A stretch of DNA of 64,000 nucleotides, taken from the NCBI GenBank assembly GCA_964499705.1, contig CAZCME010000014.1:1-64000 (forward strand), in the 5' to 3' direction. The DNA is from an uncultured bacterium. GTDB lineage: Bacteria; UBA8481. The notes under the pieces were generated by a model. The model had not been told where the DNA came from and ran no database searches. It saw nothing but the letters and a program-made list of their open reading frames with translations. Position numbers and translations under genes: made by a program. This document shows, one piece after another, positions 53,360-62,486 of this stretch (its first letter is position 1; each line of letters begins with the position of its first letter).

Positions 53360-54883
53360 CTATTGCCTCTGTGGAATAACCGCGCCCGTATCCGTGAGAA
53401 TGAGCTCGAAGCCGACGGGATTCCGGAGGCGTGATACGTACGTGATTCCGCCTCGTTCGAGCAGAGGAATTCCGATTTTTTCTCCCGCGCCGAGGACGAG
53501 GAGATAGTCCGCATGTTGCGGAATCGTGAAGCGGACCTTCTCGCTCGTCCACTTCGCGGCATGGCGATTCATCGCCGCGCGCCACATCGGATCGTAGAAG
53601 TTCAACGGCCGGTCGCAGGAGGCTCCGGGAATCACCGCGTACGATCCCTCCGGCAGTTCTCGAATCATATCGTGCGACAATATGTCGCCGGACGATGTTA
53701 TGGGAAGTTTCCATCGCGCCGCCGCGGCGGGTCCCCCGGCCAGTTCGCTGACGTAGAACGATTCCGCGGGGTGCTGGCGTATCAGCGAGAAGACGAAGGA
53801 GCCGGCGACGAGAACGATCACGAGCAGAAAGCGATAACCGCGCGCGCGCCACCCGGCCAGCCGGGCCGCACCGAGTCCTCCGGCCACGGCGACGACGACA
53901 GCCACCGGCAGAAGATGGCGGATCCCTTCTCTCAGGTAGGAGTGAAAGGCGATTGCGGAAAGAAGTCCTGTGGCGATGTGGATCCGCAGGAGCCTTGTGA
54001 GGGGACCGGCGCCCTTCCACAACTCGATTGCCGCGCCGAGCAGGAGCAGCGGGGGCAGGCCGATTGCGAGCCAGAGCGGAGCGTAGTACCAGGGAGGAGA
54101 ATCGACGAAGCCGAAGAAGAGCGTCGCGGGACGACGCGCGGCTTCGTCGGCCGCCGCGGGGAGCGCGGCGAAATGCGCGACATGATCGAGGACCGCGCGC
54201 GGATTCAGCGCGAGCGCCGGCCAGGCGCAGAGAAAGCCCGTGAAAAGCGCCAGCGCGAACAACAAGAAGGATCGCCGCGAGAAATTTCCGGACGGAGCGC
54301 ATCTCCAGGCCCAGACCGGCACGGCGATGATCCCGACCAGCGCGGTGATCTTCGTGCCGAGGGCCAGGCCCGCGATGAACCCGGCGACGAACCATTCGCG
54401 GGGCGCGCGGGCGCGCGAGGCGGTCGCCAGCAGGAGGAGCGTCAACGCGGAGACGACGGATTCGTTGGAGGCCTGAGCGGAGTAAGCGAAGAAGGGCGGC
54501 GCCAGGATCAGCGAGGCCAGCACCAGCACGCCCGCCGCCGGGCCTCGCGGCCGGCGGACGGCGCCGTACACCGCGATCGCCGCGAGGGCATAAAGCATCG
54601 CCGTAAAAATCCGGAGAGCGCGGAAATCGCGAACCGGGAGATATCCCAGGGCGCCGAGAATTTTCGCGGGAGAAGGATGCTCCGCGCCGAACCAGACTTC
54701 CTCCGTGTCCGCCGTTCCGCGGATCCAACCCGCCAGCTGGTGGGCGTCGTGGATGAAGCGCGCTTCGTCGAACGTCATGCCGTATCGCGAAATGTGGCCG
54801 AGAATAATCAGCAGCATCGGAATAAACAGAACCGCGGGGCGAATGCCCGCCGCTTGCTGACCTGTCGGCCCCGTGGCGCTCAT
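53360..54883 (-). CDS. GT-C membrane glycosyltransferase (ArnT/PMT-like)
   Basis: Start ATG 54883; TFDE after the first TM, EHPSPAK, GLALGTKIT, PPWYY, RHLLP; many TM segments. Confidence 0.8.
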   Translation of the reverse strand: MSATGPTGQQAAGIRPAVLFIPMLLIILGHISRYGMTFDEARFIHDAHQLAGWIRGTADTEEVWFGAEHPSPAKILGALGYLPVRDFRALRIFTAMLYALAAIAVYGAVRRPRGPAAGVLVLASLILAPPFFAYSAQASNESVVSALTLLLLATASRARAPREWFVAGFIAGLALGTKITALVGIIAVPVWAWRCAPSGNFSRRSFLLFALALFTGFLCAWPALALNPRAVLDHVAHFAALPAAADEAARRPATLFFGFVDSPPWYYAPLWLAIGLPPLLLLGAAIELWKGAGPLTRLLRIHIATGLLSAIAFHSYLREGIRHLLPVAVVVAVAGGLGAARLAGWRARGYRFLLVIVLVAGSFVFSLIRQHPAESFYVSELAGGPAAAARWKLPITSSGDILSHDMIRELPEGSYAVIPGASCDRPLNFYDPMWRAAMNRHAAKWTSEKVRFTIPQHADYLLVLGAGEKIGIPLLERGGITYVSRLRNPVGFELILTDTGAVIPQRQ

Positions 54884-54955
54884 GATGAAACAGGATGGGG
54901 GATGAAAGATGAATTGTGAAGGAGGAACAGAGCTGCCGATATAGAATAGCGGACG

Positions 54956-56086
54956 ATGCGCATCCTGATGCTCACGGAAGTTTTTCATCCCGACACCATC
55001 GGCGGCGCGGGTCGCGTGGCCGCGGAACTGGCGCGCGAGCTGGCCGCGGACGGACATGAGCTGAGGATCATCACAAGAATCACGAAGAAGGCGGGCGCGG
55101 TAGAGGAGTCGCGGCACGGCTTCCGCCTGTACCGGTATCCCTTGAATCTCTCGACCCCGATCGCCGCCTACCGCAGCACTGCACAGGGCGTCACGACGCT
55201 CCTCGACAAGGTCCTCGATGACTTCCATCCTGATGTCCTCGACATTCACCAGCCCCATATCGCCTCGCATGCTCTGAAGCACCGCCTCCTGCGCGGTCTC
55301 CCCTCGGTCTACACGTTCCATTCCAGCTGGGCGGACGAGATGAAGATCCGCGGCGGCGTCCATGCGCTCATCTCGCCCATGGCCGGCAGGATCGAACGCG
55401 AAGTGCTGCGCCGTTTCTCGCTTATCGTGACGCTCTCGGAATATTCCCGGCGTCGCGCGATCGAACTGGCGAAGTCCGCGGTCATCGAGATCATTCCCGG
55501 CGGCGTGGGTCTCGCGGCGTTTCCTCTCAAGAAAGCCGTCGCGCCGAAGGAGACGCCCGTCCTCCTGACCGTGAGGAATCTCGTGCGACGCATGGGGATC
55601 GATTCGCTGATCCGGGCCGCGCACATCCTGCGGCAGTCGGGCAGGAAGATCCGCCTGGAGATCGGCGGCACGGGTTCGATGCGCGAGGAACTGGAAACCC
55701 TGGCGCGGTCGCTCAACGTCGATTGTCATTTCCTCGGGTTCATTCCGGAGGACAAGCTCAGCGACCTGTATCAGCGCGCCGATCTCTTCGTCCTCCCCAC
55801 GGCGGCGATCGAGGGTTTCGGCCTCGTCATCCTGGAAGCCTTCGCATCCGGCACACCCGTCGTCGGGACTCCAATCGGAGCCATCCCCGAGGTCGTCGGG
55901 CTCCAGGGACACGGCTATGTCAGCGCGACGTCCGCTCCCGAGGATCTCGCCCGCTCCATCGCCGACTTTCTCGACCGTCAGGACAAGCCACGGCCGGAGG
56001 CGCTCCGAACGATCGCGGAGGAATTCTCCTGGACGAAACGCATGAAGCGCATGACGAATCTGTACAGCCGGGTCACACAGAGCTGA
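54956..56086 (+). CDS. Glycosyltransferase family 4
   Basis: IGGAGR, EGFGLVILEAFASGTPVV. Confidence 0.92.
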   Translation: MRILMLTEVFHPDTIGGAGRVAAELARELAADGHELRIITRITKKAGAVEESRHGFRLYRYPLNLSTPIAAYRSTAQGVTTLLDKVLDDFHPDVLDIHQPHIASHALKHRLLRGLPSVYTFHSSWADEMKIRGGVHALISPMAGRIEREVLRRFSLIVTLSEYSRRRAIELAKSAVIEIIPGGVGLAAFPLKKAVAPKETPVLLTVRNLVRRMGIDSLIRAAHILRQSGRKIRLEIGGTGSMREELETLARSLNVDCHFLGFIPEDKLSDLYQRADLFVLPTAAIEGFGLVILEAFASGTPVVGTPIGAIPEVVGLQGHGYVSATSAPEDLARSIADFLDRQDKPRPEALRTIAEEFSWTKRMKRMTNLYSRVTQS

Positions 56087-56159
56087 TGTCGTGGCCGCGT
56101 CCCACGATGCGAAATTCGCTTGCCCGGCGGCTTAATCCTGCGCAGACTGATCCACGACT

Positions 56160-56645
56160 ATGAGCGCCGCGGAATCCAGCCAGGCTCCTCCCGACGTAGG
56201 TGACGCCGCTCCTGACTTCAGCCTCCCCTCCTCGCAGGGCGGAGAAGTCAGGCTTTCCGATTTCCGCGGCAAATCGTCCGTTCTCCTGATCTTCTATCCC
56301 GGCGATTTCACGCCGATCTGCACGCTCCAGCTCTGCTCCTACACCGAATCCTACAAGGCCTTCGCCGACCGCGGCTTCGCGATCATGGGCATCGGCACGG
56401 ACTCCGTGGACGTGCATAGGAAATTCGCGAAGGAAAAAAGCATCAGCTTTCCTCTTCTCTCGGATGATGGCGGAAAAGTCTGCCGGGACTACGGCGTGTT
56501 CGGGAGCATCATGAAGCGCCCGCAGCGCGCCCTCATCATGATCGACCGAAACGGGATCATCAAGATGCGCCACGTGGAGATGACGCGACTTCTGTACAGA
56601 AAAGCCGATGCCGTGCTGGCGCTCCTGGAAAAAGCCCTGTCCTGA
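56160..56645 (+). CDS. Peroxiredoxin, BCP/PrxQ type
   Basis: FYPGDFTPICTLQLC. Confidence 0.9.
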   Translation: MSAAESSQAPPDVGDAAPDFSLPSSQGGEVRLSDFRGKSSVLLIFYPGDFTPICTLQLCSYTESYKAFADRGFAIMGIGTDSVDVHRKFAKEKSISFPLLSDDGGKVCRDYGVFGSIMKRPQRALIMIDRNGIIKMRHVEMTRLLYRKADAVLALLEKALS

Positions 56646-57374
56646 TTATTCCTCCTCCTGGCGATGTTCCAGGATGAGCGTCGTGATCCGCTTGAAGAAC
56701 CAGAGGACATACCCCTGGTACACCGAAAGGCTCAGGAGCTGCAGCCATCCGAGAACCTGGTGCCCCTTCTCCTCGATGAAGTACACGGGCCAGTGCCCGA
56801 TCGCCGCCCAGGATGCGGCGTAGAAAATCGTCACCCCCGGCATCACGAACTTCATGTTCAGCACCTGCTCCGTCTCGAGAATCCGATACAGCTCGACCGA
56901 ACGCGGGCCCGACTTCTCGCGCATGCGTTCGTGGATCATCCGCATATCGAACCAGAAGAGGAAGGAGACGGTGCCCCAGAAGATCATGCCCCAGAGGTGC
57001 CAGGCGGCGGGGTCGGCGAGCTGCGTGAACATGACGGACTCCACGAATGTGCAGACGATGTAGAGAAAGTTGTGGCCGTACTCGATCGGCCAGCGGATGA
57101 GCGTGAACGTGTGGATGAGGGCGCGGGACCAGAAGAGCAGGATGATGAGAAGGCCGGAGGCGATGTAGGGCCAGTACTGGACGCCGGCGCGGTTGAAATG
57201 CATGAAGCCGCCGTTGATGACCCAGTACAGAGCGCTGCCCTGGATGATGCTGATAAGCGTCAGCTCGGTGTTGATGACGAGCCCGTCCATCTCCTCGCGG
57301 GCGCGGATTTTCCGACCCGGGTCCACGACCGACGCCGTCGCTTCCTGCCGCGGATCGGACGGCGGCAATGTCAC
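56646..57374 (-). CDS. Multi-pass membrane protein of unknown function
   Basis: Start GTG 57374 (GTGA overlap); about 6 hydrophobic segments. Confidence 0.7.
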   Translation of the reverse strand: MTLPPSDPRQEATASVVDPGRKIRAREEMDGLVINTELTLISIIQGSALYWVINGGFMHFNRAGVQYWPYIASGLLIILLFWSRALIHTFTLIRWPIEYGHNFLYIVCTFVESVMFTQLADPAAWHLWGMIFWGTVSFLFWFDMRMIHERMREKSGPRSVELYRILETEQVLNMKFVMPGVTIFYAASWAAIGHWPVYFIEEKGHQVLGWLQLLSLSVYQGYVLWFFKRITTLILEHRQEEE

Positions 57375-57760
57375 TCCGCGAAGGCGGCGAGCATCTTCAT
57401 CGGATCCCAGTAGGCCTTGATCTCCGTGATCTTCCCGTCGTCGTTGATCCTGAAGAGGTCGATCCCTTCGAAGGAAATGTGACGGCCGTTGACGGCGGTT
57501 CCGTCGCATGTCCATTTGGCGGCCGCTTCATTTTCGAGGCAGTAGAAGAATTCCTCCTTCACGGCGATCGCGTCGAAATGATTCAGGACTCCCTGGAAGA
57601 ATTCCCGGATGGCGTCCTGCCCGACGCGCGGGGGATCTCCGACGGGACAATGCTGCACGGCGTCCGGAGCGAACGTCTTGACGGCGGCTTTCAGGTCGAG
57701 AGACCGTAAAGCCGCGTAATAATTCTTGAGGACATCCTCAACCTGGGTTCGACTTGGCAT
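57371..57760 (-). CDS. NTF2/SnoaL-like (ketosteroid-isomerase-like) protein
   Basis: FAPDA...PVG...GQDAIREF, GIDLFRINDDGKITEIKAYW; GGAGG RBS. Confidence 0.88.
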   Translation of the reverse strand: MPSRTQVEDVLKNYYAALRSLDLKAAVKTFAPDAVQHCPVGDPPRVGQDAIREFFQGVLNHFDAIAVKEEFFYCLENEAAAKWTCDGTAVNGRHISFEGIDLFRINDDGKITEIKAYWDPMKMLAAFAE

Positions 57761-57784
57761 GCGTGCCTCCTCCGCTATGTCAGG

Positions 57785-59815
57785 CTACCATACGCCGAGG
57801 TAGAAATCATAGGCTTTGCGTAGCTGACGCTCGAAGGGGCTGTTCTTCCCTTCCCCCTGCCCCACGATACCGAACCATTCCTCATGGCCCTGACCGTCGG
57901 GAAACGGCGCTCCCCAGTTCGATTTCACGTCGTGCTTCGTTCCCGCCTTGTCGTCGCCGTGCGTGTCCTTCCACCATTCGTCCATGAACTGGAAGATGCT
58001 GCCGCCGATCGAGTTGCCCGCGCGGCGGCCTCCCGCCTGGTTGAGGACTATGTCCCGCAGGGCGCCCTCGTGATATCTCGCCTGCCCGTCGTAATCGGGG
58101 CCGCGGCCCTCGTAGTAAGCATCGCAGCCGTATTCGGTGATGAGAACGGGACGGTCGAATTTCCTCTTCACTTCGCTCCAGAGGTCGCCGAATCCTTTTT
58201 CGCCCCGGTAGGCGTTGACGCCGAAGATGTCGATTGCCGGAGCATGCTGGCTGTACACGTCGGCGAGAAATGTCTCCAGGTTGCCGATGGCCACGGGATG
58301 ATCCGGATCGATCTCGTGGATCATCTCCGCGACTTCATTCAGGAACTTCGCGTACTCGGCGGGATGCGAGCCGGCGTTCGTGCGCGACGCGTTGACGCCC
58401 ATCTCCGCGGCGGGCATGTTGTTCTCGTTCCCGAGGATCCACAGCAGGACGAACGGCTCATCCTTCAGGTCCGTCACCTTCGCGCGGACATACTCCTTCA
58501 GCTTCCTCCTCTGCTCGGAATCGGTGTAGTCCGTTCCCGCTTCCCAGCCGGCGCCGGACCCTATGCAGTATGCTCCGAGAAAATCCCCCACCATGACGCG
58601 GATGCCGTAGGTCTTGAAGAGGTCCCGCAGGAGATCCTTGTTCATGACCGAAGGATCGTAATCGGTCTTGCCGGGATCGGGCGAGATGTACAGGCGGATC
58701 ACGTTGAGGCCCATGTCCTTCATCAGCTGAAAATCTCCGACGGCCGGTTCGTTCTCGTCCTTCGCTCCATTCCCGTTCCGATCCACCCACGCGTCGTAGG
58801 CCGCGTCGTTCTTCCCGTTGCCGTCGGCGTCGGCGAACATCCATCGCTTCGCGAAATCGCTCGCGTGCAAGGGCGACAGCCCCACCATCGTGGGCGAATA
58901 CGATGCGGACCGGACGACGAAGGCCTTTCCGTCGACGCGCAGCTGCCAATGGCCGTTGGTGAATTTCACCAGCTGCACTTTTCCGGCTCCGCGCGTTTCC
59001 GCGACCGCCAGGTCGTAGGGATCCCACGCCGCGGCGTCCCCCGCCTTGACGATCCTGCCGGGACTCACACTGATGATGTCGTTGGAGGGATCGACATCCT
59101 TCGTATTCTCCATCTCGACCTTCGCGTCCTTGTACTCGAGTCCCAGCGAAGGAAATTCCTCGCAGATCCGCTGGATGCTCGACATCGCGACGGGCGTCGT
59201 GTACCAGACGAAGGAATTGTTCGCGGCCCAGACATAGGTGCGCGGATAATGGACGATCGCGGCGTGGTAAGCCTTGACGGCCGGAAGCAGGAGACCGGCC
59301 TTCTCCAGCATCACCGCCGTGTAGAAGGCCTTCACGCCCGGATCCTCCGACGCCTGCGCCCAGACGAAAAAGGCCGCCTGGAAGTTTCCGCTCTTCTCCG
59401 CGTCCCAGTGGGACATGGCGAGCTTATTGGCGGAGGAGAGCGTTCCATAGGCCGGGTCGTCGCGAACCTTGTCCTGGTTCGGAAAGATCCCTTCCCCCAC
59501 CGCGACCTTCAGCCCGTCGAAGTCGGAGATCTCATACTGGTAATCGTTCGTTCCGACACCCTTGAACTTGCCGAATTTTTCGTAGTCCACAGGCCCGTCG
59601 AGGCCGGGATGAGCGAGCGTGAATTTCGGAACGGGCAGCTTGTAGCCGGCCATGAATGTTTTCATGAGCTCCGTGTAGGGATCGGTCACCGCGGCCGCGG
59701 CAACGGGTGCCGCAACGGGCGCGGGCGGGGGCGGAGCGGAAGATCCGCACCCGATCACGAAGGCAACGAGAATAAAAAAGGAACATGCGCATGATCGCCG
59801 TACTTCATCCGTCAT
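57785..59815 (-). CDS. Lipoprotein with clan GH-A (GH2-like) TIM-barrel glycoside hydrolase domain
   Basis: Lipobox VIGC; MKDMGLNVIRLY, WILGNENN (acid/base), LITEYG (nucleophile), DEWWK. Confidence 0.78.
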   Translation of the reverse strand: MTDEVRRSCACSFFILVAFVIGCGSSAPPPPAPVAAPVAAAAVTDPYTELMKTFMAGYKLPVPKFTLAHPGLDGPVDYEKFGKFKGVGTNDYQYEISDFDGLKVAVGEGIFPNQDKVRDDPAYGTLSSANKLAMSHWDAEKSGNFQAAFFVWAQASEDPGVKAFYTAVMLEKAGLLLPAVKAYHAAIVHYPRTYVWAANNSFVWYTTPVAMSSIQRICEEFPSLGLEYKDAKVEMENTKDVDPSNDIISVSPGRIVKAGDAAAWDPYDLAVAETRGAGKVQLVKFTNGHWQLRVDGKAFVVRSASYSPTMVGLSPLHASDFAKRWMFADADGNGKNDAAYDAWVDRNGNGAKDENEPAVGDFQLMKDMGLNVIRLYISPDPGKTDYDPSVMNKDLLRDLFKTYGIRVMVGDFLGAYCIGSGAGWEAGTDYTDSEQRRKLKEYVRAKVTDLKDEPFVLLWILGNENNMPAAEMGVNASRTNAGSHPAEYAKFLNEVAEMIHEIDPDHPVAIGNLETFLADVYSQHAPAIDIFGVNAYRGEKGFGDLWSEVKRKFDRPVLITEYGCDAYYEGRGPDYDGQARYHEGALRDIVLNQAGGRRAGNSIGGSIFQFMDEWWKDTHGDDKAGTKHDVKSNWGAPFPDGQGHEEWFGIVGQGEGKNSPFERQLRKAYDFYLGVW

Positions 59816-59834
59816 ATTTCGTCCTTCATCCTTT

Positions 59835-60797
59835 TCACATGATATTGGGAATCGACCTCATGAGATCCCGGCCGGGTTCGTAGATGATGTCGGCCGTCAA
59901 TCCCGGAATGCAGGATCCGCGGACGATGAGTTCCTCGGGAAGGAGGATATCCTGGAGGTGACCGTGCTGGCCGGCGACGACGGACAGGAGCATCTCCGCG
60001 GCGCGCCTGCCGGTTTCCTCGAAGGGCTGCCTGACGGAGGAAAGCGGAGGCGTCATATTCTGGGCGGCGGTCGAATTGTCGAATCCGATGATGGCGATCT
60101 TCTGCGGAATCTCGATGCCGCGCTCCCTCAGCATGCGCACTCCTCCGAACGCCTGGACGTCGCTGGCGTACACGATCGCGTCGATGTCCGGCACGCGATC
60201 GAGAAGCCGCCCCGTCGCTTCAGCCGCAAGTTCGTTGTCATACTTGAAGCATTCCTCGGTCTCCAGGACGAGCCCGGCTTTTTCGACGGTCTCGCGGCAT
60301 CCCGTGCAGCGCTGTCCGCCCGCCCAACCTGTCTCCTTCGTCGGACCGATGAACGCGATCTTCTTCCGGCCGAGTTCCAGCAGAGCCGAGGCCGCGACGC
60401 GCCCGCCGCTCTCGTGATCGAAGGAGACATTGCCGCGATGCTTGCACGGGGAGGGGCGCTCGATGAAGACCACGGTTTTCCCCGCCGCATAAAGATTCTC
60501 GACCTCCGTTTCCGGAAGGTCGAGGATCACCGTGATGACTCCGGTCACCGACGCGTCGGAACGGATCTGCGCGTCGTATCTCTGGATGTCGTACGCGAGT
60601 TTCTCCGGCTCGTCGGAAAGAAGATGGATGTGGTTGACGCGATAACCCCGGGCGGAAAGAACTTCGTCGATGCCCTTCCGGACGGTCCGGAGCACATTCT
60701 GTCCGACGGGAGTCCAGAGGACGACCACCTGACCGGCGGCGGAGGAAGAGCGGCCGGAGGACGGCGGAGGCGGAACCGCTCCGGGCATGATCGTCAT
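59835..60797 (-). CDS. LacI-type ligand-binding protein lacking an HTH
   Basis: LLELGRKKIAFIG, ASDVQAFG, IIGFDN, PPLSSVRQP, LIVRGS; N-terminus is Pro/Ser-rich. Confidence 0.85.
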   Translation of the reverse strand: MTIMPGAVPPPPSSGRSSSAAGQVVVLWTPVGQNVLRTVRKGIDEVLSARGYRVNHIHLLSDEPEKLAYDIQRYDAQIRSDASVTGVITVILDLPETEVENLYAAGKTVVFIERPSPCKHRGNVSFDHESGGRVAASALLELGRKKIAFIGPTKETGWAGGQRCTGCRETVEKAGLVLETEECFKYDNELAAEATGRLLDRVPDIDAIVYASDVQAFGGVRMLRERGIEIPQKIAIIGFDNSTAAQNMTPPLSSVRQPFEETGRRAAEMLLSVVAGQHGHLQDILLPEELIVRGSCIPGLTADIIYEPGRDLMRSIPNIM

Positions 60798-60950
60798 CGC
60801 TTCACCTCGTCCCGCTTAAACCGTGTCATATCCATTCCTCCCGCTCAACAAGCGCTTGCATCGACGGAATTCATCTTATCCTGTTTCCCCGATTCCCGTC
60901 CAGCCGACGATAGCAGAAATCCGGTCCGGGTGAAATACAATCATGGGGCG

Positions 60951-62486
60951 TCAACCGGCCAGCTCCGGCGCCGTGCAGACCCGGTTGCGCCCCGTGCGCT
61001 TGGCCTGGTACAGAGCCGCGTCCGCCGCCGCGAGAAGATCGGCCTTCGACTTCGCGTGCAGCGGAAAGGTCGCGAGGCCCACGCTTACGGTCAACTTCCC
61101 GTACGGCAGCTTGTCGTAATTGGCGATCGCCGACCGGAGCCTCTCCGCGATCATGTGCGCGGTCTCGTGCGAGATTTCCGGCAGGATGATCCCGAACTCC
61201 TCGCCTCCGTACCGCGAAACAAAGTCGACTTCCCGCAATGTGGCCTTGATGATCCCGGCCACGGTCTTCAGCACTTCATCGCCGGCGCTGTGACCGTGCG
61301 TGTCGTTGAACCGCTTGAAGTGGTCCACGTCGAGCATCAGGAGAGGCGCGTGCGATTTGTCCTCCGCCGACCGCTGGCATTCCTCCTCCAGGCGCTGGTG
61401 GAAATACCACGCGACATAGAGCCCCGTGAGATTGTCCGTCATCGCCATCGCCTGGACGCGGCGGTAGAGAAGCGTCTTGTCGAGGCCGAGGCCGAGCTGG
61501 CGGGCCAGCAGGCCCAGGCGGAAGTCCCGCTCCTCGGGCGCACCTCCCCCGATCAATTCCAGCTTGTCGATGGCCAGCGCTCCGACCGGTCGACCTCCGC
61601 TCACAAGCTCGCAGGACAGGATCGAGCCGTCCGCGGAGACATGTTCCAGGACGACGGTGCGATCCTTCTCCTTGTCCTCCGCCTTCACGCGCGACGCCAT
61701 GGCGTCGATGAGCACGCGGATCTCCTCCGGCACGTCAGCCGCCGCCGCCTTTTTTTCCTCGGAGAGGCTCTGGATTTCCAGGATCGCCGGCGAATCCGTC
61801 TCCTCCGTGTTGAAAGCCGCCAGGTAGCCCCTCGAAAAGTTGAAGGACGATTTCAACCGGTCGCGCACGATCCTGTAGAGCTGGTCGGATTCCATCGTGC
61901 CGACGATCTGCTTCATGAAATCGAACGCCTCGGAGATCGAATCGACTTCGCGCTGGAGCGTCTTCTGATGATCGACCACGCAATTGTTCCAGGACTGCAG
62001 ATCCCGGTGCTCCGCGATCTTGATGTCGAATCTCCCGTGAAACATGGAGTTTGTCCGGGCGGCGACATGGCCGCGGTACAGGACCGCCGGACCCAGGGAG
62101 AGGCCGTAGGCGATCGAGTTGAGGAGCGCGGACACGGAAAGACCCAGGAGGTCGCTGTAGGGATACCGGGCGATGAAGAGCATCGACCAGGCGACATGAA
62201 AGAGAACGATGCCCATGACGAGCACGATGAGACGCCGGAGCGGCCAGATGCAGGAGAGCAACATGAGGGGCGCCAGGGCGAGCGTAAATCCCATGGAGAG
62301 CACGTATCCGTTCGCCGGTTCCTCGAAGAAGAAGAGGACGAGGTTCAGGGCCATCAGCACTCCGAGGATGCCCAGAAGCCAGGAGGCCGACCAGCGATTG
62401 CCGAAGGAGAGATCCCGCCGTTCGAAATCCTTCACGTCGCCCTGCATTCCGGCCGTCGCGGCGACGGATGAAATCGTATCGCTCAT
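60951..62486 (-). CDS. Membrane diguanylate cyclase (TM + GAF-like + GGDEF)
   Basis: Start ATG 62486 (ATGA overlap); DVDHFKRFNDTHGH, REVD I-site, RYGGEEF. Confidence 0.9.
   Translation of the reverse strand: MSDTISSVAATAGMQGDVKDFERRDLSFGNRWSASWLLGILGVLMALNLVLFFFEEPANGYVLSMGFTLALAPLMLLSCIWPLRRLIVLVMGIVLFHVAWSMLFIARYPYSDLLGLSVSALLNSIAYGLSLGPAVLYRGHVAARTNSMFHGRFDIKIAEHRDLQSWNNCVVDHQKTLQREVDSISEAFDFMKQIVGTMESDQLYRIVRDRLKSSFNFSRGYLAAFNTEETDSPAILEIQSLSEEKKAAAADVPEEIRVLIDAMASRVKAEDKEKDRTVVLEHVSADGSILSCELVSGGRPVGALAIDKLELIGGGAPEERDFRLGLLARQLGLGLDKTLLYRRVQAMAMTDNLTGLYVAWYFHQRLEEECQRSAEDKSHAPLLMLDVDHFKRFNDTHGHSAGDEVLKTVAGIIKATLREVDFVSRYGGEEFGIILPEISHETAHMIAERLRSAIANYDKLPYGKLTVSVGLATFPLHAKSKADLLAAADAALYQAKRTGRNRVCTAPELAG

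Noticed and set aside
54884-55912. 850-aa version of the GT-C gene
   Set aside because: The extra part is antisense to the clear GT4 gene.
53513-62471. Long plus-strand ORFs 53513-54919, 57884-59794 and 59958-62471
   Set aside because: Antisense to well-supported genes.
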